Assembly: GCA_033763315.1 (NCBI GenBank)
Contig: JANRKS010000031.1
Span: 192,001 to 256,000, forward strand
DNA length: 64,000 nucleotides
From: Deltaproteobacteria bacterium
Lineage (GTDB): Bacteria > Myxococcota_A > Polyangia > Fen-1088
Direction: 5' to 3'
Positions 41,037-50,667 of this stretch are shown here, one piece after another. The translations under genes were made by a program, and so were the position numbers. The notes beneath the pieces are model-generated. The model was not told the origin of the DNA and did not search any database. It worked only from the letters and a program-made list of their open reading frames with translations. Numbering within the stretch: the first letter of the stretch is position 1; each line of letters begins with the position of its first letter.

Positions 41037-42265
41037 CGCCCGAGGAGAAGAAGGCCCAGCGCGAGGCGAAGGCTGAGTTCGCGAAATTCAAACAGCTTGG
41101 ACCTGGCCCCATCAATCGCCTCCGACGCAAATACCGCGCGATGAAGGAGCAATGGCGGGTCGCGGATCACCAAGGCCGCCGCAAGTTGGCGAAGCATTGG
41201 GCGGTATGTTTCGGCGTCGTGTTCTGGAGTTTCGCCACCATAATCGTGGGCGTTATAGGGAGGCAGTCTCCCTACCAAGCCGGCTCGTTCGTGAATGTCT
41301 GGGTGGAACGCGGCTTTATGGTCTTCGTATTCTGGAAGTCGTTCATGTACCACGCTGCGGACTTTTACCCGCAGGAAGCAGGCAAGAAGCCTTCCGACGA
41401 TCTGCCCGGTACGGAACTGGTCTGGAGCATCGGGGGAGGGGCCGCCGTGGTCGCACTGGCGATCTCCTTCATTCTGCCTGGAGGTTTGTTCTTGACCTCC
41501 TTGTCAGGCTTGCTCGACCCATGGCCACATAAAGAAATGCGCCTTCGCTTGCATAGGGAATTCTTCATTGAGGAGCAAGTCAAGAGCACGCTGATAAAGC
41601 AGTACTATTTTGAGGTATCACGTGAAGGTTCGTCTTTAACCTGGGACATCCCGTACGACGATCGGAAGCTGCCAGGTGCAGTACCGATTGCGGTACAGGG
41701 TGGAGTGTATTTTGCCAGCGCCGAATGGCACTTTGGTCTGTTTGGTCTGCCTTGGGTTCGCCGAAAGACGGTGCAGCCGATCTTTGAACACCTCATTGAT
41801 GCTTCGCCCGTCCACTTGCCAGGAGGCTCGCCGCGCCGGAAGCCTGGAAAGGACAACCGGACCATACCTATCTCCCGACTTTACGATCGTCCGTTTCTCG
41901 TAATGGGTTCTTGCGCTTCGTTCCGCGCGCCAGATTATAGAGAAGAAGCGGTTTTCGACTTTCTCGACAGCATCAAGACCGCCGTCAGCTTCGTGTTCCG
42001 ACATTCAGAGAACAAAAAGATCAATGCATTGCCTCACTATGAGCCCGGACCGGACTACTATTTCGACGAGCTGATAGGCATAGAGGCAACGAGAACTTAT
42101 TGCAGGGGCACTTTGTTCTGCGCAAAACGAGATTTGGGACCGACCTATGAACTGCGAAACGTGCACGACCGAGCTCACCTTGTGAAACACCTCAAGGAAC
42201 GTTGTGGCGTTGCGATAGAAGGCGTCCGGTCCGCGGAACCTGCACGCGATTTAATGAACCATTGA
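41033..42265 (+). CDS. Membrane protein, candidate immunity protein
   Basis: TTGA overlap with DUF2169; about three N-terminal TM segments; converges on and overlaps the effector gene. Confidence 0.55.
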   Translation: MTPEEKKAQREAKAEFAKFKQLGPGPINRLRRKYRAMKEQWRVADHQGRRKLAKHWAVCFGVVFWSFATIIVGVIGRQSPYQAGSFVNVWVERGFMVFVFWKSFMYHAADFYPQEAGKKPSDDLPGTELVWSIGGGAAVVALAISFILPGGLFLTSLSGLLDPWPHKEMRLRLHREFFIEEQVKSTLIKQYYFEVSREGSSLTWDIPYDDRKLPGAVPIAVQGGVYFASAEWHFGLFGLPWVRRKTVQPIFEHLIDASPVHLPGGSPRRKPGKDNRTIPISRLYDRPFLVMGSCASFRAPDYREEAVFDFLDSIKTAVSFVFRHSENKKINALPHYEPGPDYYFDELIGIEATRTYCRGTLFCAKRDLGPTYELRNVHDRAHLVKHLKERCGVAIEGVRSAEPARDLMNH

Positions 42266-44606
42266 TAGGCTTTGGGTCGTTCACAGGGATGGATATGACG
42301 TCCTGCTTGTTGGTCGATAGGCCCTTGTGCAACCTCACCCGGTATTGAAGGGGGCCAGATAGTAGTGACCGAGGGTCCTCGGGTGCGAATGCGATTGACA
42401 TAGCCATGGAAGTGCCCAAGTGCCTTCTAACTACAACGACCGGTGTATAGGCGGGATTGATTGTCCAGTCTTCGATCCATTCGCTTAAAGGAGGCACCCA
42501 TGGATGCTCAGAGAGTATTTGGATCGCGCCAAGTTTGGCGTCGCCACGACGAACCTCCACGTCAAGCCTGTCGTCCCAGTCTACGCTGGGGAAATCTACG
42601 GCGATCCCACCTTGTCCATCGCTCTTGGCTGTGAATGCGCAAAGCAAACCATAGAGCGTGCGCAACTGCTTTTCTAGCCCCTTGGATCCCTCAGCCCATT
42701 CGCTAAAGGTTCCCAGTGCCCATTCGGGGTGAACATCGTTCCAGAAGCTTTTGCCGTATTCTTTGCCAAAGATGCAGTGCTCAACGAAGTTTTCCAGATC
42801 CGAATTTTTGAGCATGACCGTCAGAGCCGATGTCAACAACATCACTCCCGCGGCAGCCATCGCCACCGGTGGGTTGACCCAGCCCACAGCAGCGAGCCCG
42901 TGCACTGCGCTCGCGATGCCCGAGGCCAGCGCCGATGCCCCTGCGCCGTATTCACCCGTTTCACTCGCCAACTGCCATCCTTCGAACACGCCGGCAGCGG
43001 CGTCCAAGAATGCTCCCGCAAAGGGTGCGGCCTTTTTTCCTCCAACGCCCAGCAAGGCTGGCCCTAGCGATTGACTCTTGGCCATCCTCTCCCAGGCGTA
43101 CATTTTGAGCATGCTGTTCACCGCGCTAAGAGCCTTGAGCTGCTCGTAGGTTTTCAGCTTTGGCTTCTCCGAATACTCGTGCAACGTCCAAACGTAGTAG
43201 AGCGTGTCGACGGATTTCTTAAACACGTCCAGCGCCTTCACCTTTAAGTCGGCTTTGTAGGCTGCTTCAAACTTCTTAACGGCGCGGGAATTTATTCTTA
43301 AGAGGTTTCGTTCGGTGGCGTAGTGGTCCACAGCCGCATAGAACCGTTCATTGCTTGCGAGCGCCTCCGCGGGTGAAGCATTTTTCGCAACGAGGAAGAC
43401 ACCGGCGTCTAGATCCTCATTAATCTTCGCAAAAATCTTCTGGATGCCATCCACCGACAATTGTGCCCCCTGGCGCGTGGCACTGGACAGCAGCAAGGGC
43501 GCCAGGGCCGTGACGTAGTAGGCCAGCCCGGTGACAGAACGCCTCGCAACGTTGAAAGACTCGCGCGAGGTGAAGGCGTTGGCAATGGGCGTCGTATAGG
43601 CCTTGATGAAGTCCGCGAGATAATTGGGTGGTTCTGTTCCCAATTCCTGACCTGGCAGAGATTCCAGCACCTGGTGAAGCGACGGCCCGGTTTGCACCAT
43701 CCAGTCACCAACGCCGTCGGTCTTGTCGAGCTTGTACAAGGCGTAAAGCAGCTCCATCGGCTTGGAGCGCAGCAGTGCGCATAGGCGCAATGCGGTGCGA
43801 TCTCGCTGAACTTTTCGCTTGTTGACCTCGGTGTTGAAATCGAACCTTACATCAAACGGTTCCTTTGCGCTTCGCAGCTTGTTGAGGAGCTTAGGAGAAC
43901 TGCGTGAAAGGTCGATAATCGCATTGGCCAAAACGTACTTTGTAATTCGGTCCGCGACCACCTCCCTATTTTTGTCGTCACCGCTGTTCGGTGGAACCAA
44001 GAAGTCATCGTAGTGCTGAAGTGCCGCTCGAAACTCAAGCGACAGATGCTCAGCTACCGAGATCAGGTCCATGACGGGAAGCCCTAGGTCGCCGTCCTTC
44101 GACTTAACGAAGATGTTTGGGTCGCGCAGATCTCGAAGGAGGAACGTGGTGCCTTGCCATCCCACACACTCGGCATAGTTGGCTGTGCCAATCCATTCGA
44201 AACGGCAAAGCAACCGCAAGGCTGCGCAGGTTAGCCGCGTTCGTGAACAGAAGAACCACCACCAATAACGCTCACCGTTTATGAAGACCGGGAATCGTTC
44301 CACCATGCCGATGTTTTTCCCAGGCGGGCACTTGGCAGGTTCCGTCACAAGCCGTTTGGCACCGTCGACCTTGAACAGGTTTCCTTCTGCATCGGCAAAA
44401 TACTCTGCGTGAAGAGAAGGTCGCTTCGCGTGACCAAAACGGAAGGCATAGATATACTTTTCGCCTCGAATCGAATGACGTTCGTGCTCTTCGGCGAATA
44501 GCGGCGCTTTCTGCCACGCTGGATCCGACGATCCCACCTTCGGAAGGGATCGGTACGAACGAGGCTCAACGAAATGGATCCCCGCCTTTTCTTCCGTGCC
44601 CTTCAT
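42192..44606 (-). CDS. Candidate T6SS effector (MIX/VasX-like N-terminus, hydrophobic C-terminal region)
   Basis: ATGA-coupled to DUF4150; 'RGEKYIYAF...HAEYF'; Ala/Gly-rich hydrophobic helices then 'LENFVEHCIFG'. Confidence 0.6.
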   Translation of the reverse strand: MKGTEEKAGIHFVEPRSYRSLPKVGSSDPAWQKAPLFAEEHERHSIRGEKYIYAFRFGHAKRPSLHAEYFADAEGNLFKVDGAKRLVTEPAKCPPGKNIGMVERFPVFINGERYWWWFFCSRTRLTCAALRLLCRFEWIGTANYAECVGWQGTTFLLRDLRDPNIFVKSKDGDLGLPVMDLISVAEHLSLEFRAALQHYDDFLVPPNSGDDKNREVVADRITKYVLANAIIDLSRSSPKLLNKLRSAKEPFDVRFDFNTEVNKRKVQRDRTALRLCALLRSKPMELLYALYKLDKTDGVGDWMVQTGPSLHQVLESLPGQELGTEPPNYLADFIKAYTTPIANAFTSRESFNVARRSVTGLAYYVTALAPLLLSSATRQGAQLSVDGIQKIFAKINEDLDAGVFLVAKNASPAEALASNERFYAAVDHYATERNLLRINSRAVKKFEAAYKADLKVKALDVFKKSVDTLYYVWTLHEYSEKPKLKTYEQLKALSAVNSMLKMYAWERMAKSQSLGPALLGVGGKKAAPFAGAFLDAAAGVFEGWQLASETGEYGAGASALASGIASAVHGLAAVGWVNPPVAMAAAGVMLLTSALTVMLKNSDLENFVEHCIFGKEYGKSFWNDVHPEWALGTFSEWAEGSKGLEKQLRTLYGLLCAFTAKSDGQGGIAVDFPSVDWDDRLDVEVRRGDAKLGAIQILSEHPWVPPLSEWIEDWTINPAYTPVVVVRRHLGTSMAMSIAFAPEDPRSLLSGPLQYRVRLHKGLSTNKQDVISIPVNDPKPINGSLNRVQVPRTGRLLSQRHNVP

Positions 44607-45448
44607 TCAGCCTCGTCCGTAGACTCAGGGGATTCAACGTCTGGTTCCAATTCAACCCTGGCAACCGATGAAACCTCACTGCCCGCCAATTGTGACGGGA
44701 AGTCACCGAATTTCTGATGCTCCGCAAGAAGGGAGGAGGGCACGTTAGCAAATAGCACCGAATCCACCTCGCTTTGGACCATGACCTTGAGAGAGTACGT
44801 TTTTGCAGGAAGCACCTTGGTGAACTTCAAAACGGTCAGGCCACCTTCGGTGCCACTTTGTTTTCCGTTCTCCCTGTATTCGCCGTCACTGCTGAGCAGC
44901 TGGTATGTCGGTGCTTGCGCTTGCTTGCCGCTGAGATCTACGAAGATTTTGTAGTCAAAGGGCTTGCCATCTTCCTTTCGCTCTTTGGGCTCAGGGATCA
45001 ACGGTCCCTTCGGCATTGCCATCTTCATTGAGCCCATGTACGTGCCTACGGCTTCGCCCGGCGAGGGAGCCGCGTGGTTGTGGGTCATCATGTCGAGGTG
45101 ACGGGGCACTGGCTCGCCCTCGATCTTCACGTTCATGGAGAAGCTCGCGAAATAGGCCTTGCCTTCAACGACGTGGGTCACGATACCGCCGCCCGTGCTA
45201 CGGGCCATGGCGTTGCCGGTGGACTTTGCAAAATAGGACGACTTCTTGGCCACAGGATTACCGTGAATCTTCACGCTGGTGGCTCCGCCAGCCAGATCCT
45301 TGGCTGCGGCAATGTTGGGAAGGGGCGTCGGCACCGGGCCCGCAGGTGGCGATGGCGGGCATAGGTTCACGTCTGGGAACGCCATGGACTTCCCCGGGCT
45401 GCCTTTGTGAATGGCGGAAAGCTTATTGATGAACACATCGTCGGCCAT
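44603..45448 (-). CDS. DUF4150 PAAR-like spike tip protein with C-terminal extension
   Basis: 'HKGS...AFPDV...PVPTPLPN...SMNVKIEG...RHLDMMTHNH'; AGGAG RBS. Confidence 0.9.
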   Translation of the reverse strand: MADDVFINKLSAIHKGSPGKSMAFPDVNLCPPSPPAGPVPTPLPNIAAAKDLAGGATSVKIHGNPVAKKSSYFAKSTGNAMARSTGGGIVTHVVEGKAYFASFSMNVKIEGEPVPRHLDMMTHNHAAPSPGEAVGTYMGSMKMAMPKGPLIPEPKERKEDGKPFDYKIFVDLSGKQAQAPTYQLLSSDGEYRENGKQSGTEGGLTVLKFTKVLPAKTYSLKVMVQSEVDSVLFANVPSSLLAEHQKFGDFPSQLAGSEVSSVARVELEPDVESPESTDEAE

Positions 45449-45458
45449 GGCACTTCTC

Positions 45459-45938
45459 CTAATTGATCTCAACCGTGCCGCCGCGGATGCGGTTGGCACC
45501 CTTGGCACGGGTTTCCACCTGCACTCCGCGCACGATGACCCGGCCGTTCTTCATCAAGGAGATACAAGCATCACCACATCGCAGGGTCAGCTCCTCGTTT
45601 GCCACGAGTTCGACGCGTCGACCGTCGACGTGCACGTCCAAGCTTTCGTTTGAGGCCTCTGCCAGCTTAGGCGCCAACAGAGCGGTGATGATAGGGACGC
45701 CATCACGGGTAGTTACCACAAGTGCTTCGGCATGGTCCGCGCAAGCCTTTTCCAAAGCACTGCGCCCGATGGCGTTCGACCACCGTGCGAGCTTTGGGTC
45801 GCCTTCATGATTCGGGGCTATCAAAGGGCCTTCTTCGGTCCATTTGTGCAGCGTCACGATTTCGGGTCCTGGCGCCGCGTCTCCTTCAAGAGGTACCGCC
45901 GCAGAGTCCATGAGTTTTAGTTTTGGCTTCATGTGCAT
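45459..45938 (-). CDS. DUF6484-like protein
   Basis: 'VDGRRVELVANEELTLRCGDACISL...G...NRIRGGTVEIN'. Confidence 0.82.
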   Translation of the reverse strand: MHMKPKLKLMDSAAVPLEGDAAPGPEIVTLHKWTEEGPLIAPNHEGDPKLARWSNAIGRSALEKACADHAEALVVTTRDGVPIITALLAPKLAEASNESLDVHVDGRRVELVANEELTLRCGDACISLMKNGRVIVRGVQVETRAKGANRIRGGTVEIN

Positions 45939-45943
45939 TTCCC

Positions 45944-48355
45944 TCAATTTTCCGTTCGTAGATAGATGCCCCACGACCCGGGCGCTTTCATAACTATGGC
46001 GCGCGCATGTTCGTTCGCTGCTTCCAACTGTTCTCGCTGTTGTGCAACAGTCGCGTCAGGTTCAACGAAAGGCCGGACGCCAAACACGCAGCCGAGTTCG
46101 TTAGCTAACGCCACTCTTAGCCGCGGCAACACCCACGGCAATGTAAGCGCTTCGACGGCAACGCGTGCATCGAGCGGACGCCCCAGTCTGTATCTTACGC
46201 CCGGCTGTAAGGGTGCGTTTTCGGCCAAGCGTTCCGCCCAAACGGCTGCGGTTTGACACAGGCGCACCTCTTCAGTTCGCGTGACACCGACGGTTTCATC
46301 GCCCGCTTTGCGTCGTTCAAGCTCGTCGGCGAAAAGTTCAACATCCGGCGCGCGTCTTACCTTTTCGATGGTCTCCCAGAGCTCGACACCCGTCAACAAT
46401 GCAAGGGCGGACGACGCTTCCCTGACCGTGCTTTCATGTTCGAGACCGAGCAGCAAATGCGGAAGCGCTGCAGGGTCGCCCAAGATGCCCAAGGCAAGAT
46501 AGAACGACGGCCGCAGCTTGTTCGCTTCTGCGTCGGCCAGCAGTATGGACACGGCGCGTGCGTCAGCCGTGTTCGCAAGCAGCAAGGGCACACTGCGCGC
46601 ATTCTCAAATACGAAGGGGTTGGCGGCCGAAGGGTCTAGGTACTGCCACGCGAAAACAGCGGCGTTCAAGACGGACGCATCGTCGGTGGCCAACCAAGGC
46701 TTGAGCCATTGTACGTCTCCTTGGTTGCATACACGCGACATCGCGAACGGCACCTTCCAGTCAAGTGCCTTAGGATTCTGTGCCGCTTTGACAACCAATC
46801 CTCGAAAGGTCGGATCTCCCGAATAGCCTGCAAGCGCCGCGGCGACCTGGGTCCAATTCGGATGGGCGGCAAACCGCTCCACCAGCTCTACGTATTTCGC
46901 TCCGGTGAACGTGTGCCGACACGCCTCCATCAAGCTCTCGAGGTGTTTGCTCGTGGATAGCGCCGTATTCGACGGCACAGGCTCCGATGAGCCTTCTGTC
47001 CGTTGCAGGGCCACCCGTGCACCCCAGTACGTGCCCAGGCTGGTGCCTGCTTTCAACGCTGCCTCGGCTCCTGCTTGGCCGAGCTCTCGGCACACCACCA
47101 ATGCCTGGACAAAACGGTCGATGCGCCGCTCAAGGGACGCCACGCTTGTCCAGTCCGGCAGCCCCTCTTGGGCCTGTCCCACCACGGCCGCGCGCTTGCG
47201 TTCAATCAACACGCCGAGCTCGGAAATCATGTCTTTCACGATCGCTTCGTCGTGCCGAGCGAGCACTGATTTAACCCGTGAACGACGAAACCAGTTTTTC
47301 TGTGCTTGGGATATGGGCGAAAGCCAAGCGGCGCCTCGCTGCTTGCCGTCCCCCGTGGTAGCGACCAAGCCGTCACCTGTGTGCCACCCCGCGGCCAGAT
47401 GAGCCGCCGCCAACGCCATCAAAGCCAACGGTGTGGCGACGCCCAAATCTCCTTGATTGGTGGCGGGGGTCACCACTTCAACATCCGACTGCAGCTTTGC
47501 TGTCATCCGCGGCGCTGAGAAGGCCCAATCATCGCTGCGTAGCCGTTCGCCGTTGAGATCCGAGAGAACCGCCGCAATCATGGGCGTGCCTTCTTTGGTT
47601 GCAAGCCCGATGGCCCGCGTGAGGTCTGCGCCCGCGACGCTTGAAGGTTTATCGCCGCCACCCGCTATGCCTGCCCCCATCACTGCCGCCAAGGGCGGGC
47701 ATTGTTTGGCGAGAGGATTTTGGGGATGTATCAGCACCAGGCAAGCAGCGCCTTCACCCGGCACGAGGCCCCAGGGGCGTGCCTCGGTGGCCAAGCGCCT
47801 CGCCTCTACCAAGTGATCCATGGCATCATCACTCACCAACGTGTCGCAAGCCGCGACGATGGCCACGCCGTGTTGAGGGTTAGCTGAAAGAAACGCTTGT
47901 GCTTCCACAAGCATGCCAAGGGCGTTGCTGACGGCATCGTCAACTAGCCTCACGTTCGTCGCGGCCACACCAGGCGCAGCTTCCAACAATATCCCTGTTA
48001 AATCAGTGCCCAATGTTTCATCGAAGGGAGGCCTGTTGGCAGGAATCCTGAGCCACGCCTTACAGACCTGCGATTCTGAACGAAGAGTGGCGGATCGCTC
48101 CACGGCCTCGGTCACCGCGGCCCACAAAAACGCACGCAGGCGGCTGTCGTCAGAGCCGTCGTCGGGGAAATACGTGGCGCGGGAAACGCGTGTGCTTGAT
48201 GGCGTGGGCTCACCGGTGTCGGGATGAAGGAAGATGCGACTAAGACCCGCACGAACCGCAGCGACCTGCACAGCCAGGGTGCCGCCCACGGCCGAGAGGC
48301 TTCCGGCGCCTATGATCACGGCCGGTGGCTGATTCGCAGGTGACACGAGGGACAT
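45944..48355 (-). CDS. Fusion of thiolase/ketosynthase-like T6SS accessory domain and TIGR02270-like helical-repeat domain
   Basis: N-half 'PGEGAA', 'DLNGERLR', 'GDLG'; C-half 'LERRID', 'LGILGDP', 'LTGVEL', 'RYRLGRP'. Confidence 0.75.
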   Translation of the reverse strand: MSLVSPANQPPAVIIGAGSLSAVGGTLAVQVAAVRAGLSRIFLHPDTGEPTPSSTRVSRATYFPDDGSDDSRLRAFLWAAVTEAVERSATLRSESQVCKAWLRIPANRPPFDETLGTDLTGILLEAAPGVAATNVRLVDDAVSNALGMLVEAQAFLSANPQHGVAIVAACDTLVSDDAMDHLVEARRLATEARPWGLVPGEGAACLVLIHPQNPLAKQCPPLAAVMGAGIAGGGDKPSSVAGADLTRAIGLATKEGTPMIAAVLSDLNGERLRSDDWAFSAPRMTAKLQSDVEVVTPATNQGDLGVATPLALMALAAAHLAAGWHTGDGLVATTGDGKQRGAAWLSPISQAQKNWFRRSRVKSVLARHDEAIVKDMISELGVLIERKRAAVVGQAQEGLPDWTSVASLERRIDRFVQALVVCRELGQAGAEAALKAGTSLGTYWGARVALQRTEGSSEPVPSNTALSTSKHLESLMEACRHTFTGAKYVELVERFAAHPNWTQVAAALAGYSGDPTFRGLVVKAAQNPKALDWKVPFAMSRVCNQGDVQWLKPWLATDDASVLNAAVFAWQYLDPSAANPFVFENARSVPLLLANTADARAVSILLADAEANKLRPSFYLALGILGDPAALPHLLLGLEHESTVREASSALALLTGVELWETIEKVRRAPDVELFADELERRKAGDETVGVTRTEEVRLCQTAAVWAERLAENAPLQPGVRYRLGRPLDARVAVEALTLPWVLPRLRVALANELGCVFGVRPFVEPDATVAQQREQLEAANEHARAIVMKAPGSWGIYLRTEN

Positions 48356-48358
48356 CCG

Positions 48359-50470
48359 CTAGTTCTTGAGAACATTCGGACCTGAAAGAATCAGATCCCC
48401 ATCCGCTCTCGCCGTGAGCCCACCCTTAGACTTGATCACGACGTTTTTTCCCTCGATGACGACGTCGCCATCCTTGCTGAGCATGATGCTCGACGAGCCG
48501 CACTTGAACAGGATGTTTTCCTTGACGACCACTTCAAGCGTCTTGCCGACATTCAAGACCTCTTTGCCCGATACCTTCGACTCGTGATCGCCCGTGAGTT
48601 TGAGAACCAAGGGTCCCGTGACATCACTGTGGTCACCTCCTTCGGTGATGGTGAGCGTGCGTCCCTTGCCGATGGTTTCATCTTGTTTACCGACAACTTC
48701 GATCTTTTCGTTCTTGCCCACCGTGTGATGGTTTTGGCCGTCGATTGTCATCACCGCGTCACCATGAATTTGCACGGTGCGATTGAGGTCAACGGTGAGT
48801 ACATCATTGCCACCGTCGCCGTTTTCGCCTTTGAGCACGTGCTCGGTCCGGTCCCCGTAGATCGTTGACTGCTCGTTGCCATCCACGGTTTTGCTACGGT
48901 TGTGGCCAACGTTGAGGGTCTGGTCATGTTTGACGAGAGTCTTATGGTCACGCTCGGCCTGAACGTAGAGCTCTTCGTGGCCCTTGCGGTCCTCGAAACG
49001 AATCTCGTTGAAGTTATCCGCGTGGCCCTTGGGCGAGCTATGCGTCTTGACGCCAGATTGCGTGGCGTTGTCGGGCAGCTTGTAGGGGGGCCGGTTCTTG
49101 CCGTTGTAGAGCCGGCCGACAATGACCGGTCGATCAGGATCGCCATCGAGAAAATCGACGAGCACCTCTTCGCCCACGCGTGGGATCTGAACGGCACCAA
49201 AGCCAGCACCGGCCCATGGTTGCGAAACGCGCACCCAGCAAGACGTGTTGTTCTTCGTCGAATCAGCGTACCGATCCCAATGAAATTGAACCAGCACGCG
49301 GCCGAGGCCATCGGGGTCGGTGTAGATCTCAACACCGGTAGGCCCCGTCACCACGGCACTGTGGGGTCCTTGCATGAGCGGCTTCTTGGCGCGACGTTGC
49401 GGCCGGTATTCACGGTTGGCCGTCATCGCGATGAAGCTTGCGCTAAACAACATCGTGCCGGCCTTTGGGCCGCCGCTTTCGAGGCCGTTTGACTGGATCA
49501 CATAGTCGGCCCGAACTGCGAGAAAGTTTTCGCTTTCCGATACGTCATCGAGCCCACGAACACGAAACGTAGCACCCGGATAAAGACCTCGGGCGTTCGT
49601 CTTGAAGTGGATGAATTCCCGATCTGCCTGCAGCCGTTCAAGGCTTACGGCAATGGCTTGCCGTCCGTGGGTCTCGTCGGTGTAGCCTCCGGGGTAGTCG
49701 AACATCTCAAAGTGGTCGTTCGCGTGACCCTGCGGATCGTTTGCTCGCGTTGCCAAGGCCACCTGCTGGTACTGGTAGTCGTAATCATTAAGCGCAGCGT
49801 TGCCCGGGACCATGTTGCGGTTGACGTCCCATGAGCTGATGTGTTCTTCGTCCCGACGGCCTCCCGTTGGGGGATAGTACGGAATGGAAGGGTAGTCGGG
49901 CGCGGGCTCGAGCTTCGCCACAGCGTCAGTCAACATGATGCTGTGGTGGCCGCCGCTATGGAGGAAGTGATAGTAGATGCCCTCCTCTTCGAGCAGACGC
50001 GACACGAAATTGAAGTCGGTCTCGCGGTACTGCACCGTGTAAGGCCTGGTTGGGAAACCTCCCAACTTCATCTCGATCGAAACGGGGATGCCCAGGTTTT
50101 GCGACACGAGGCCGAAGATGTCCGGGACGGCTTGGTCCGCGAAGATGCGGCAATCGGAGCGGTACTTCATCAGGCCGAGCCAAGGAACCAAAACCGCACG
50201 ATAGGAGAAGTATCGCCCCTGACGCCCCAGACGCTCGAAACGGGTAACGAAGCCGGTGAACTCCCTGTTCTTCAGTGCGGATAGTTCAAGGTTGAGCACC
50301 ATCTCGGTGCCGAGAAGCTGCTCGGCCTGGATGTGGCCTTGTTCGCTAAGAAGCTCCAGGGTGTAACGGTAAGGCTGGCTTAGCTCTTCGCGGCCAGAGA
50401 AGGCCTGTAAGTGGAACCTGACGTCCTCGAGCGCGGATTTCACACTGACTTGTCGTTCGTCCAGAAGCAT
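48359..50470 (-). CDS. vgrG: T6SS spike protein VgrG
   Basis: 'GREELSQPY', 'VQYRETDFNFVSRLLEEEGIYY', 'SCWVRVSQPWAG', 'IPRVGEEV', 'NEIRFED'; Gp5-type C-terminal repeats; ATG at 50470. Confidence 0.96.
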   Translation of the reverse strand: MLLDERQVSVKSALEDVRFHLQAFSGREELSQPYRYTLELLSEQGHIQAEQLLGTEMVLNLELSALKNREFTGFVTRFERLGRQGRYFSYRAVLVPWLGLMKYRSDCRIFADQAVPDIFGLVSQNLGIPVSIEMKLGGFPTRPYTVQYRETDFNFVSRLLEEEGIYYHFLHSGGHHSIMLTDAVAKLEPAPDYPSIPYYPPTGGRRDEEHISSWDVNRNMVPGNAALNDYDYQYQQVALATRANDPQGHANDHFEMFDYPGGYTDETHGRQAIAVSLERLQADREFIHFKTNARGLYPGATFRVRGLDDVSESENFLAVRADYVIQSNGLESGGPKAGTMLFSASFIAMTANREYRPQRRAKKPLMQGPHSAVVTGPTGVEIYTDPDGLGRVLVQFHWDRYADSTKNNTSCWVRVSQPWAGAGFGAVQIPRVGEEVLVDFLDGDPDRPVIVGRLYNGKNRPPYKLPDNATQSGVKTHSSPKGHADNFNEIRFEDRKGHEELYVQAERDHKTLVKHDQTLNVGHNRSKTVDGNEQSTIYGDRTEHVLKGENGDGGNDVLTVDLNRTVQIHGDAVMTIDGQNHHTVGKNEKIEVVGKQDETIGKGRTLTITEGGDHSDVTGPLVLKLTGDHESKVSGKEVLNVGKTLEVVVKENILFKCGSSSIMLSKDGDVVIEGKNVVIKSKGGLTARADGDLILSGPNVLKN

Positions 50471-50667
50471 CAGAGCCCCAATCTCCTTCAAAAACCACCG
50501 AGAATCCACGGGCAATCGCCCCGCCTTGACCGTTATCGGCTTTGGGGCGGGAGATGTTGCTAGAAAATTGAGAAAGTCACGTCCCACGTTAGGTTTTGCG
50601 CAACAATTGGCGGGCCTGGGCCGATAAAACCACCTGGTATCTTCTCCGTCAGCACACCCCCTCTGCA

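Noticed and set aside
45944-48355. Fatty-acid or polyketide synthase
   Set aside because: No ACP or AT partners; the vgrG/DUF4150 context fits the T6SS-associated thiolase-like family.
48359-50470. Prophage tail gene
   Set aside because: VgrG-specific motifs and T6SS accessory neighbours; no capsid, terminase or portal genes.
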